DNA from: Geopsychrobacteraceae bacterium
GTDB taxonomy: Bacteria; Desulfobacterota; Desulfuromonadia; Desulfuromonadales; Geopsychrobacteraceae
Assembly (NCBI GenBank): GCA_963662315.1
Contig: OY759353.1
Span: 4,192,001-4,256,000, forward strand
DNA: 64,000 bases
Direction: 5' to 3'
The notes beneath the pieces are model-generated. The model worked only from the letters and a program-made list of their open reading frames with translations. It had not been told where the DNA came from and made no database searches. The position numbers and the translations under genes were made by a program. Below are positions 19,510-29,304 of this stretch, piece after piece. Within the stretch, counting starts at the first letter, position 1. Each line of letters begins with the position of its first letter.

Positions 19510-19983
19510 TCACATAACAATATCTTGATAACCAACCTTGAAAACTTTTTCGTCAAGAAGATACACGCCTATCCCATTTTCATCGTCCCAAGTACAGTCA
19601 AATGTCAAACCAATTTCCCTGCCTTCATAAGTACCGGAATAAGGGACTATGAGACCAACGATAGATACTTTATCTACTAAATCTTCCTTTCTTTCTATTA
19701 ATGGATAATTTTCGTTATCTTCAACATCATATCCAAGCTGATGTCTTTCCTTCCTATAATAATCGAATACAAATTCTAATATTTCACCATCTAAATTTGA
19801 TAATTTTTCCATTATTGATGTATAGGCTTCATATTGCTCCTTCTCAAATATTCCTTCATCATCTCCGCTAATCATAAGACTTATTGTGTTTTTCTTGTCA
19901 AAAAAAAGGACATCTATATTTCTAAACCAAATATAATCATATTCCAATGCGCCAAAAACAGGATCATTAATCATCGTTAACAC
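19510..19983 (-). CDS. Immunity protein for the WHH toxin (DUF6985-like)
   Basis: FDCTWDDENGIGV...VGYQD; paralog at 24352. Confidence 0.8.
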   Translation of the reverse strand: MLTMINDPVFGALEYDYIWFRNIDVLFFDKKNTISLMISGDDEGIFEKEQYEAYTSIMEKLSNLDGEILEFVFDYYRKERHQLGYDVEDNENYPLIERKEDLVDKVSIVGLIVPYSGTYEGREIGLTFDCTWDDENGIGVYLLDEKVFKVGYQDIVM

Positions 19984-19994
19984 TTCCTTTTTCG

Positions 19995-21098
19995 TTAAAT
20001 AGCAAATCCACCTGGTTCGAAAGCACCAGCATTAACTTCACCAACACCACCTAAATGACGAAATGTGCTATTAATTTTAGTTGGGACTAATTGAATAGTT
20101 TTGCAATCATTTAATTCATGCCATGTAAGGTTGTTTTTCTTTCTATACTTCTGCAGATCTTTCAATGTAACACTGCCTGACTCAAACCCCATTTTACCCG
20201 CTAAAGCTGGTGACTCATTCAGCTTATTTACCAGTTTTTCATCGGCCTGGCTAAAATTAATATTTCTTGCTTTTGTACCTATACTTCCTTTTCCTCCAAC
20301 CATATAGTCAATTTCAAATTCAACCAGAGAGACTGTAGAAAAATCAGGAACACCATTTTTATATTCTATGCCAGAAACATCCACATCATCCAAGATTTTA
20401 TTAATATCTGGATCGGGTGGTGGCTTAAGCGCACACAGAGACTCTCCCCTAACGCCTTCAAAACAAACAACAACATTATCTATCGCTGGTGTTTTACTTA
20501 TACGTTCTTCATAGGAGCTGGCGAACTCTGTTTGCCTAAATGCTGCAGGAAGCTTGCCTGTTTCTCCCCCTAACGTAAGACTTTCCTTCTCAGGCTTGGT
20601 CATCACTTGTTTCTTAGGCAAGGACTTGCAGGTGTCGCCTTCGACACTGTTCTCAAACCCTTGGTTGACCACCGCTTTGGCTGTGCTGCTTTGCAAAGAG
20701 GCCTGCTGGCTGTGGGTTTGCGGTACCATGATTTTACTGTAAGCAGATGAGACTATTCCCTGCAGGTTTGCATATTGGTTTATTCCTGATAGGCTGGCGA
20801 CCCAGCGGCCTTTTTGAGAATTGTTCGGGTAGTCAGGGTCCTGCTGCCAGTAGACGACCCCCAAGAAGGGGAGCTTCATAGAGTAGACGAGGCAGACTTC
20901 CATCTTGTCAATTTTTTTTAGCAGCTCATCAAGCCCCTGTTGATAATGGCGCCACTGGACAGGAACGAATTCGTTTAGATTATGAATGCTGGTAAAACCG
21001 CCACAATAGGCGTCACGGACATCGTTTTTAGCGAAAAAAGGATTGGAAATATACGGCAGGTCAGCAACCGTAATATCTCTGGCAGCAACAAGTCTCAT
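19995..21098 (-). CDS. Polymorphic toxin 3: conserved N-terminal domain plus WHH-type HNH/EndoVII nuclease
   Basis: First ~153 aa shared with toxins 1 and 2; tail YKNGVPDFS...NFSQAD...LTWHE...QLVP...HLGG. Confidence 0.85.
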   Translation of the reverse strand: MRLVAARDITVADLPYISNPFFAKNDVRDAYCGGFTSIHNLNEFVPVQWRHYQQGLDELLKKIDKMEVCLVYSMKLPFLGVVYWQQDPDYPNNSQKGRWVASLSGINQYANLQGIVSSAYSKIMVPQTHSQQASLQSSTAKAVVNQGFENSVEGDTCKSLPKKQVMTKPEKESLTLGGETGKLPAAFRQTEFASSYEERISKTPAIDNVVVCFEGVRGESLCALKPPPDPDINKILDDVDVSGIEYKNGVPDFSTVSLVEFEIDYMVGGKGSIGTKARNINFSQADEKLVNKLNESPALAGKMGFESGSVTLKDLQKYRKKNNLTWHELNDCKTIQLVPTKINSTFRHLGGVGEVNAGAFEPGGFAI

Positions 21099-21276
21099 CG
21101 GTATCCCCCCTCAAGGATAAAATAAGTTGCTATAAGAAATAACTATCTGGAAAGTTTTAATGAGAGGAGAGGATAGCGTTTTTTTAGATTGAGTCAAGAT
21201 ATTAAGTAGAAGTTTTAAGGGCGGTCTTTTCAACTCGGGATCAATTTTCAGAAGTTATCTTAGATAAAATCACATC

Positions 21277-21354
21277 AAAACCGCCGGGTCCCGGCCCGGC
21301 AGCCGGATTCATTTTTTTCAGCGATGAAAAAACGAATCAAAAAAATCTTTTTGG
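21277..21354. repeat. Large structured repeat end upstream of toxin 3, interrupted by IS481 (continues 22665-22770)
   Basis: Rejoining the flanks reproduces 14851-15000. Confidence 0.85.
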
Positions 21355-22664
21355 GTACGGTGTATAGACATAGGTAACACTTTAGTACAGGGACATAGGT
21401 AACAGATCTATACTAAAGGGCATCTCACAAAGGAGGTGCCTATGCCCTGGTTAGAGGTGAATCCTATGGATCAAAAGGTTCTCTTTATAGCCGACTTTCT
21501 GAGAGAAAGTCGTTCATTTACTGATCTTTGCATTCAGTATGGTATTAGTCGTAAAACAGGCTACAAATGGCTTACTCGCTATCAACAGTCTGGAGTCGAT
21601 GGTCTTTTAGAGCATAGCCGAAAACCAAGATCCTCGCCGCAACAGACCCCATACCCAATCAGACAGGCCATTCTCAAGTTGCGCCAATGTGGCGACCTCA
21701 TTCTCGGACCTAAAAAGATACAAAAGCTTTTGTTGCAACAATATCCGAATGAATCTATTCCATCAAAAACAACCATCTACAAGATTCTTTACGATGCAGG
21801 AATGGTCGAAAAACGGCATCGAAAACAAAGAGTCTCACCGTTTCCGCAGCCGTTTGCACCGGTCGAATCCGTGAACGATCTTTGGTCTGCAGATTTCAAG
21901 GGGCAATTTAAAATGAGATCTGGAGCCTATTGCTACCCGCTGACGATTATGGATCATAAAAGTCGATTTTTACTGTGTTGCCAAGGTTTTGAAGGTCCAC
22001 GCTTCGAAGAGACCAAGTGTGCTTTTGAAAAAATATTCCGAGACTATGGGCTTCCACGACGTATCCAGACAGACAATGGGGTCCCTTTTGCAAGTCGAGC
22101 AGCAGCAGGCTTATCTCGATTGTCGGCTTGGTGGGTCTCTTTAGGTATTCTTCCTGAGCGCATAGAGCCTGGTAAACCTCAGCAAAATGGTCGACACGAA
22201 CGTATGCATCGAACTCTTAAGCAAGCTGTAACAAAGCCACCTGAAAGAGGGTTTAGGGCCCAGCAAAAACGCTTCGATCAATTTATAACTGATTATAATC
22301 AGAACCGGCCGCATGAAGCCTTGCAACAACAAACGCCAGCATCAGTATATAAGGCTTCTGAACGAATATACCGAGAAGATCCTCACGAGTTTATCTATCC
22401 CGATTATTATGAACAGCTGTCAGTCCAACATCCCGGAATTGTTTATTTTCGAAATCATACGATTTACATATCGAATGTTCTTATAAATTACTGTGTTGGT
22501 CTGAATGAAGTGGAGCAAGGGATTTTTGACGTTTACTTTGGACCTATTTATCTAGGTCGTTTTGATGAGCGTAATGCTGTCAAAAAAAGTACCTCATATC
22601 TCTCGCTTAAAAGTGTTACCCATGTCTATTGACTAATCTGTTACCTATGTACTTGATCCGTACA
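21355..22664 (+). mobile_element. IS481 family element
   Basis: Ends GTACGG/CCGTACA with two ACATAGGTAACA-like boxes per end; TTTGG target duplication. Confidence 0.85.
21436..22632 (+). CDS. IS481-family DDE (rve) transposase
   Basis: HTH GISRKTGYKW, WSADFKG, TDNG, PQQNGRHER. Confidence 0.92.
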   Translation: MPMPWLEVNPMDQKVLFIADFLRESRSFTDLCIQYGISRKTGYKWLTRYQQSGVDGLLEHSRKPRSSPQQTPYPIRQAILKLRQCGDLILGPKKIQKLLLQQYPNESIPSKTTIYKILYDAGMVEKRHRKQRVSPFPQPFAPVESVNDLWSADFKGQFKMRSGAYCYPLTIMDHKSRFLLCCQGFEGPRFEETKCAFEKIFRDYGLPRRIQTDNGVPFASRAAAGLSRLSAWWVSLGILPERIEPGKPQQNGRHERMHRTLKQAVTKPPERGFRAQQKRFDQFITDYNQNRPHEALQQQTPASVYKASERIYREDPHEFIYPDYYEQLSVQHPGIVYFRNHTIYISNVLINYCVGLNEVEQGIFDVYFGPIYLGRFDERNAVKKSTSYLSLKSVTHVY

Positions 22665-22834
22665 TTTGGAACCACTGACGAAAGCCGGAATTGCATATGC
22701 TTTGTTCGTAATCACGGTGGAAACACAGGCACCCCACGATGCTGCACATCTAATGGGCAAGGGGCCGGCGCCATTCGGGACACAATACCAATTTTAGGAA
22801 ATAAGTCTTATGTCCCCGGAATTAACCTGATCTT

Positions 22835-23647
22835 TCAAGCCTCCTCTTTGACTTTTTTGAAGAATTGATCGCGAAATTCAGCTGGTGATACACCATACAT
22901 TCTTTTAAATTGCCTATAAAAGTTGGGTAAACTTGAAAAACCGCTCTGAAATGCTGCCTCGGCAATACCTACACCTGTTGAGGAAAGAATTATTCCGGCT
23001 TTTTGGAGGCGTCGGATATTGATATATTCAACAATGCTTGTATTCGTATAACTTCTAAATTCGCGTGTAAGCAAGCTTCGAGACAATCCGAACCGCAACG
23101 CTATCTCGTTTAAGTCTCCTGGGTCCTCTGGCTCTCTGTCCAGCCACTCACATATTTTTCTTATTGTATTCAGATGATTAGATCCTGAAGCCATTTCAGG
23201 GTCTCGTTTGTTTCCCATGCATGAAGCTAAGAGCAAACCAATGACTGCCCATGCAATGTGCACCTCACCGGGATCTTGATCTCCAAGACCATCTGGAATC
23301 ATCTCGACTAACTCCCATGGCAGAGATGTTTGTTCAGGAAAGTCAGTAAACGAGTATCCACGTTTATCCAAATTATACAGGAACGATGATTGAGCTGCTG
23401 ACAAATGGGTCGCTATATCCGTAGGTGTAAAGCAGACAAATTTAAAATCTGCCGTTTCATTCTTTCGAAAAACAAACCTGTGGCGTGCTTTTGACGCAAT
23501 CAGGATAGCCCGCCGGCTTACCAACTCAATATTTTCTTGATCGAGAATCAACAGTCCCGAGCCGGAACGACAGAGAATAAGTTCAAAAACGTCGTGAGAA
23601 TGCCATTCGGAAGATTCCGAGAGGGTCGTGGTTACGCTCCAAAACAT
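22835..23647 (-). CDS. AraC family regulator
   Basis: Cupin HSHDVFE and C-terminal GFSSLPNFYRQFK. Confidence 0.92.
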   Translation of the reverse strand: MFWSVTTTLSESSEWHSHDVFELILCRSGSGLLILDQENIELVSRRAILIASKARHRFVFRKNETADFKFVCFTPTDIATHLSAAQSSFLYNLDKRGYSFTDFPEQTSLPWELVEMIPDGLGDQDPGEVHIAWAVIGLLLASCMGNKRDPEMASGSNHLNTIRKICEWLDREPEDPGDLNEIALRFGLSRSLLTREFRSYTNTSIVEYINIRRLQKAGIILSSTGVGIAEAAFQSGFSSLPNFYRQFKRMYGVSPAEFRDQFFKKVKEEA

Positions 23648-23790
23648 TTTATATCCAATTGATTATGTTTAATGTCCGATACGATAAGATAAAAGCTATG
23701 AAGCCTTGTATCATGCTTTTCACCGTAGCATGAGTTGCCCCGTATGGCAATACATGCAGAGAATGACAATATCGTTGAATATGATGGAGG

Positions 23791-24156
23791 ATGAAAATGG
23801 TTGATGAAAGTGTGATTGATGCTTTTCGGATGATGTGGGGACAATTTCCGGAAGGAGTGATGCTGATTGACAAAAAACGAAATATTCTTGCTGTGAATGC
23901 TGCTTGTGCATCACTCGGTTTTGCAGAAGGTATGATCTGCTCTAAAATGGGTTCGCCAGAATCCCATAAAGGTTGCCTTGCAAATAATGCGCTTGCTGAG
24001 CAGAAAGAAAAATTTAGAAAAATCAGCATGAACGAAAAAGAATTTATCAGTTTTTGGGTCCCTGTTGCTGGGCAAGATAATATTTTCCTTCATTTCACTG
24101 TTGGTATGATGGTTGACTACGGAGTCTGTGAAGAGATGATCGGGAACGAGTTTTGA
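23791..24156 (+). CDS. Small PAS-like protein
   Basis: FPEGVMLIDKKRNILAVN; GGAGG RBS; divergent from AraC. Confidence 0.7.
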   Translation: MKMVDESVIDAFRMMWGQFPEGVMLIDKKRNILAVNAACASLGFAEGMICSKMGSPESHKGCLANNALAEQKEKFRKISMNEKEFISFWVPVAGQDNIFLHFTVGMMVDYGVCEEMIGNEF

Positions 24157-24168
24157 TCTTTGGGAGTG

Positions 24169-24223
24169 AATTCCGGAGACATAATACCAATTTCAGAAAA
24201 TGAAGTGTTATATCTCCGGAATT
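24169..24223. repeat. Second REP-like palindrome family (also 15019-15068, 22773-22823)
   Basis: AATTCCGGAGACATAATAC...GTGTTATATCTCCGGAATT. Confidence 0.7.
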
Positions 24224-24351
24224 ATGTAAAAAGGGAAAACTGATTGTAAAAAAACAGGCGACATCTTTGTTGACATTAACCGGCCCATGGCTATTTAGGG
24301 CTGAGGATTCGACCGGAATTATGCCCCGGAAACTTTCAGGAATTAGCCGAT

Positions 24352-24816
24352 TTACATTGAGACATCTTGATAACCAATTTTTTCAACTTTTTCATTGATC
24401 AACAGAAACCCCAATCCATTCTCTTCATCCCAACTGCAATCAAAAGTCAAACCAACGTATCTTCCGTCAAGTTTTTTGGCAGCAAAGATTGTAATCCCAA
24501 CAAATTCTATATGTTTCAAAAAGTCATCTTTGCTTTCAATCTTAGGATAATGTTCATTCTCCTGAACCTCATAGCCGAGTTTTTTTCTAAGATCAATGTA
24601 GTAAGACAGTCCACGATCAATAACGGATTTTTGAATTTCACTCCAGCTGTCTAAAAGTTTCGTGTATGACTCATATTGTTTAGCTGAAAATTCTTCGTCT
24701 TCTTCCCCATAAACAGCTAGGGTAATAATATTTTCAGAACCATTAAAGTCAAATCTCTTTTCACCAAACCATTGGAATTCATACTCTAGCTGACCAAAAA
24801 CTTTATCTTTTCTCAT
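24352..24816 (-). CDS. Orphan immunity protein, paralog of 19510-19983
   Basis: FDCSWDEENGLG...IGYQD. Confidence 0.8.
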   Translation of the reverse strand: MRKDKVFGQLEYEFQWFGEKRFDFNGSENIITLAVYGEEDEEFSAKQYESYTKLLDSWSEIQKSVIDRGLSYYIDLRKKLGYEVQENEHYPKIESKDDFLKHIEFVGITIFAAKKLDGRYVGLTFDCSWDEENGLGFLLINEKVEKIGYQDVSM

Positions 24817-24970
24817 TGAAAAATCTCCATATTATTCGCAGCGAAATTGCCGGGCTCCATACCAAACTCATTTACTAATTCAAGTGAGGAATTAAGGTTC
24901 TTAGCTAATTTTGCATTCGCTTGAGAAAAATTCAAGAAACGAGCTTTGTAGCTATACTTAGAACCTCTCC
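24813..24970 (-). pseudogene. Internally deleted WHH toxin remnant
   Basis: KARFLNFSQANAKLAKNLNSS...GMEPGNFA aligns to toxin 3 KARNINFSQADEKL and FEPGGFA; stop overlaps the immunity ATG. Confidence 0.7.
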
Positions 24971-24983
24971 CTCGGAATAGATT

Positions 24984-26098
24984 GCATTTTTGCGGTTCTG
25001 GCCATTAGGCGGATCTGAGCCGTGGGCCGGCTACTTAAATATTGGATGTTTCCTTGGTGAAATGAAGCCCGAATTCGGACCCTTTAAAGAAGGGCGTTTT
25101 GTGCTTACTATTTGTCGCCCGCCTGGGACAAATAGTAAGGCGTCGTGCGGGGCGCAACCCCGCGACCTTGCTTGTTTTATTTAAATCAAAAAAGACGAAA
25201 CCGCCGGGTCCCGGCCCGGCAGCCGGATTCATTTTTTCCAGCGATGAAAAAACGAATCAAAAAAATCTTTTAAGGTCAAACACACTGACGAGAATAGATT
25301 CGGTCGACGTTTAATCGTTGCTACCCGTAGTGAACAGACCGCCCAGCGATGCTGTCGCATCCATGGGCAGAACCGAATTAGAGTGGACATACCAAAATGC
25401 CAACGGCATTTTTGCGGTTCTGGCCATCAGGCGCGCATTGCGCCGTCGGCCGGCTGCTTAGATACTGGATGTTCCTTTGGAGAGACGAAGCCCGCGGACG
25501 GACCCTTTTAAAAAGGGCGTTTTGTGCTTACTATTTGTCGCCCGCCTGGGACAAATAGTAAGGCGTCGTGCGGGGCGCAATCCCGCGACTTTGCCAGTTT
25601 CATTTAAGTCATAAAAGATAAAACCGCCGGGTCCCGGCCCGGCAGCCGGATTCATTTTTTCCAAGCGATGAAAAAACGAATCAAAAAAATCTTTGAAGGT
25701 CAAACACACTGACGAGAATTGATTCAATCTACGCTTTACCGTTGCAATCAGCAGTGAACAGACCGCCCAACGATGCTGTCGCATCCATGGGCAGAATCGA
25801 ATTGAAGTGAATACAGGAAAATGCCAACGGCATTTTTGCGGTTCTGGCCATCAGGCGCGCATTGCGCCGTCGGCCGGCTGGTTAGATGCTGGATGTTCCT
25901 TTGGAGAGACGAAGCCCGAGTACGGACCCTTTAAAAAGGGCGCTTTGTGCTTACTATTTGTCGCCCGCCTGGGACAAATAGTAAGGCGTCGTGCGGGGCG
26001 CAACACCGCGACTTTGCTTGTTTCATTTCAATCAAAAAAGACAATATTAATGGGTCGCCCAACGATGCTGATACACCCACAGGCAGAGCCGAATTGAA
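24984..26098. repeat. Tandem array of the large structured repeat (~2.6 units, period 423 bp)
   Basis: CCGCCGGGTCCC starts at 25201 and 25624; many hairpins. Confidence 0.95.
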
Positions 26099-26186
26099 AA
26101 TGTGTGTAAAAAGGGGACAGAACCTGTTAAATTGTCCTATTGAAAAATCAATTTTTAACCTAAATGAAAAGTGGCGGGGGGATGGA

Positions 26187-27707
26187 ATGAAAAGTCTTAA
26201 AGATTGGCGACCTGTATCTATTGCTCGTTTATTTCCTGTTGTTATGCTGGCTCTGCTGGTTGCTTGTGGTGGGGGCGGTGGCGGTAGTAATAGCGCAACT
26301 GGTAGCTCCAACCCTTCTGAAGCAACAAATCCAGACTTGACCGAGGTAACTGCAGACCTGCCGGTTTGGGATGCCGCCGCATTTACCAATGTTTACGATA
26401 TCGGTCCGGGACAGAGTTACGAAACCCCTTCCGATTTTCCCTGGGAGTCTCTGCCACCATCTTCCCTGGTGCGCATTCATTATCGTAGTACCCCTTACTC
26501 CGACAAATGGTTGATTACCACCACGGCGACGGAAGATGCACCTGTTGTGGTCCTTGGTATTGCCGATGGCAGCGGCAATAAACCGGTTATCTCTGGTGAT
26601 GGGGCAGTGACACGCAGTTCTCTTTACTATCTGAATCAGAGCCGCTCTGTCATCAAGGTGGGTAATTATACGGGAAGCAATGACAACGACAGACCGGCTT
26701 ACATTGTTTTACAAAATCTGGATATCCGTAGTGGCCGCCTGGCATACGGATATACATCGACGTCAGGAACGATCCAGAATTATGCCAGCAACGCTGCGGC
26801 GGTGCATGTCGAGGAGGGAGATCATATCACCATTCAGGGGTGTACCCTGCGCGATAGCGGCAATGGCCTGTTCAGCGGTCATCTCTCGAGTAATCTGGTG
26901 GTGCGTGCCAACTATATTTATGACAATGGGATTTCCGACAGTTATTATGAGCACAACAGCTATACAGAGAGTGATGGCATCCTCTTTGAGTATAATCATT
27001 ATGGTCCCCTGCGTGATAATTGCGAGGGGAATAACTTAAAGGATCGCTCCGCTGGGACCGTGATCCGCTATAACTGGATCGAAGCAGGAAACCGGCAGCT
27101 AGATCTGGTGGATAGTGACTATGAGAGTTTTTACAATGGGGCCGGCTATCACGCGACCTATGTTTATGGCAATGTGTTAGTTGAGCCAAACGACGCCGGT
27201 AACAGCCAGATAGTTCACTATGGTGGAGATAGCGGTACGACAGATCGATATCGTAAGGGGACGCTCTATTTCTACCATAATACGGTTGTTTCGACGCGCA
27301 GCAGCAACACGACATTGTTGCGCTTAAGCACCAACGATGAAGAAGCGGTGGTGATGAACAATCTCATCTATGCCAGTGGCGGGGGGAGTTATCTGGCTAT
27401 TCTCAACAGTTCCGGGCAGGTTGAGTTAAGTGGTAACTGGCTGTCAAGTAACTGGAAAGAGACCCATCAATCGGCTTTAGACAGTGGCGCTTCTCTGAAT
27501 GCTGCTGATAATACCAGTGGTTCGAATCCATATTTCAATAATGAGTCCAGTCAGGATTATTCTTTGACGGCAGCTTCGACCGCTCGCGATGCGGGTTTGA
27601 CTTTGCCCGATGGTCTCACCCCTCCTGAGTATGAATATGTTCCTCACCTGCAGCTTGACGAACGGATGGATAATGGTCAGCCAGATTCCGGGGCCTTCGC
27701 ATACTAG
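26187..27707 (+). CDS. Lipoprotein with right-handed beta-helix (polysaccharide lyase-like fold)
   Basis: Lipobox LVAC-GGGG, Asn-ladder repeats, NNLKDRSAG; the longer ORF from 25947 starts in the repeat. Confidence 0.75.
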   Translation: MKSLKDWRPVSIARLFPVVMLALLVACGGGGGGSNSATGSSNPSEATNPDLTEVTADLPVWDAAAFTNVYDIGPGQSYETPSDFPWESLPPSSLVRIHYRSTPYSDKWLITTTATEDAPVVVLGIADGSGNKPVISGDGAVTRSSLYYLNQSRSVIKVGNYTGSNDNDRPAYIVLQNLDIRSGRLAYGYTSTSGTIQNYASNAAAVHVEEGDHITIQGCTLRDSGNGLFSGHLSSNLVVRANYIYDNGISDSYYEHNSYTESDGILFEYNHYGPLRDNCEGNNLKDRSAGTVIRYNWIEAGNRQLDLVDSDYESFYNGAGYHATYVYGNVLVEPNDAGNSQIVHYGGDSGTTDRYRKGTLYFYHNTVVSTRSSNTTLLRLSTNDEEAVVMNNLIYASGGGSYLAILNSSGQVELSGNWLSSNWKETHQSALDSGASLNAADNTSGSNPYFNNESSQDYSLTAASTARDAGLTLPDGLTPPEYEYVPHLQLDERMDNGQPDSGAFAY

Positions 27708-27713
27708 GAAAAG

Positions 27714-28511
27714 TTGCAAGCAGGGCTGTTAAAGGGTGATGAAATCCTGTCCGTTAATGCTAAACCGTTCTTGCCAATCGCTTCACTTCGTTCCCATATT
27801 GGGGAAGATGTCGTATTTAATATACGCCGAAAGCAGCTGGACGAGCCCTTCACAATTTTAGTGCGACCTGTACTCGTTAATCCCGAGCAGGAGATGTTGG
27901 AAGCAGAAAAATCGAGTATCCGGATTATTGAACGGAATAAAGCACGCATAGGCTATATTCATATTTACTCTTACGCAGGTGATAAGTACCAGCAGGAATT
28001 ACTGAATGCTATTGCCTGGGGTAAATTGAAAGAAGCCGATGCGTTGATCATTGATTTGCGATATGGCCTGGGTGGAGCAGCACCATCTTATCTTAATATC
28101 TTTAATACGAATATTCCGATCCTCAAGATGCATCACCGAGATGGCACGGTAACTGTTTTTGATTCCCAATGGCGAAAGCAGGCGGTTTACTTGGTTAACG
28201 GGTATAGTCGAAGTGGAAAAGAACTGCTGGCACATGGTGCTCGAAGATATGAACAGGTAAAAGTCATTGGGGAGCGGACGCCGGGGCATGTCCTTGGAGG
28301 TCAGCTTTTTCCATTGTCCGACGGTACTGTCCTTTTTCTTGCAGTGCAAAGCGCCTTTGTCGATGGTGTTAATCTGGAAGGAATTGGTGTTCCACCAGAT
28401 ATTGAAGTTCCATTCGATATTCGTTATTGCGCCGGACAGGACGCACAGCTAGAAAAAGCCCTTGAGTATCTTACCGAGCAACTATCGAATCAAACAACAG
28501 GTGCTTTGTGA
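27714..28511 (+). pseudogene. N-truncated S41 peptidase (partial PDZ plus catalytic domain)
   Basis: AGLLKGDEILSVN, LIIDLRYGLGG, SRSGKE, LEGIGVPPD; starts mid-PDZ with no signal peptide. Confidence 0.75.
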
Positions 28512-29054
28512 GCAGAGGTTAAACAGCATAACTCAAGTCTTTCTGGACTCAGAACAAGGACTGATGAATCCAGAATCGGGTCGGTGCCTGAGGGAGATCA
28601 TTTTTACCAATGATTATGATGCCAGTGCCGATATCGAACAGTTTTTAGGACGGCCATGGACGTCCGAGCCATTTTTAGAACCATTCCGTTATTTGTCATC
28701 CGGTAAGTTAATAAGCGTACCGGATTAACCTCCTTAGCCATCCGAAGTCAGAGATACCCCAGAACCAACCGCTTGAAGTGGATGGATGCAGAAAAATGCC
28801 GTCACTCGACCCTTCTCAGTGAAGACATAACGCACTATGTGTATTCTTCCTATTGTGCGGGATAATTGTCTATATTCTAGACGTATTATATAAATATACA
28901 GACACGGCAATAAATGTTGGCTGATACATGATCAGCATATTGTCTTAAATTTCTACCTGTGATAAATTGCCGACCGAATTGATCAAGAACGGATTATGTA
29001 AAATGTCGAGGTTGTTAATTTTATCACTATATTTTAAAAGCAAATAAATTATTT

Positions 29055-29140
29055 ATCTCCGATAAGGGCAAAGCCAAAGTAATTTGGTGACGCAAAGCCA
29101 CGGGTCCAGGGATTGGACAGCCGGGCTGTCAAAAAGAATG
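29055..29140 (+). promoter_or_regulatory. GEMM-I (c-di-GMP-I class) riboswitch
   Basis: GGGCAAAGCC-aaaGTAAttt-GGTGACGCAAAGCC-ACGGGTCC...GGACAGCCGGGCTGTC; upstream of the cytochrome. Confidence 0.85.
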
Positions 29141-29170
29141 AGCATCCCTCCCGCCCTTCCAAGATTTTTT

Positions 29171-29206
29171 AAAGCTCATATTCGTTATCGGAGATGAGCT
29201 TTTTTA
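29171..29206 (+). terminator. Probable riboswitch-linked intrinsic terminator
   Basis: AAAGCTCAT...ATGAGCTTTTTTT. Confidence 0.7.
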
Positions 29207-29304
29207 TTGAGCTTAGCTAGCAAATTTTCGTTAAGAACACCCAGGGAGCAACTACTCCAGCTCTAACAACAAATGAAATAAAATAAAATGAAAAGGAACG
29301 TTTC

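Noticed and set aside
13504..21098. Diversity-generating retroelement or shufflon explanation for toxin variation
   Set aside because: No RT or invertase is present, tips are non-homologous and all lie in one orientation.
25280..25400. Hammerhead ribozyme in the repeat (CTGACGA)
   Set aside because: I could not place a consistent stem II followed by GAAA and a UH site across copies; an Rfam scan would settle it.
24990..26186. ORFs within the repeats (MLTICRPPGTNSK..., MNPAAGPGPGG...) and the 25947 start
   Set aside because: Frames and lengths differ between copies; conservation is structural, not coding.
28758..28831. Possible attC (CCAGAACCAACCGCTTGAAGTGGA)
   Set aside because: Left half only; no matching GTTRRRY core or palindrome.
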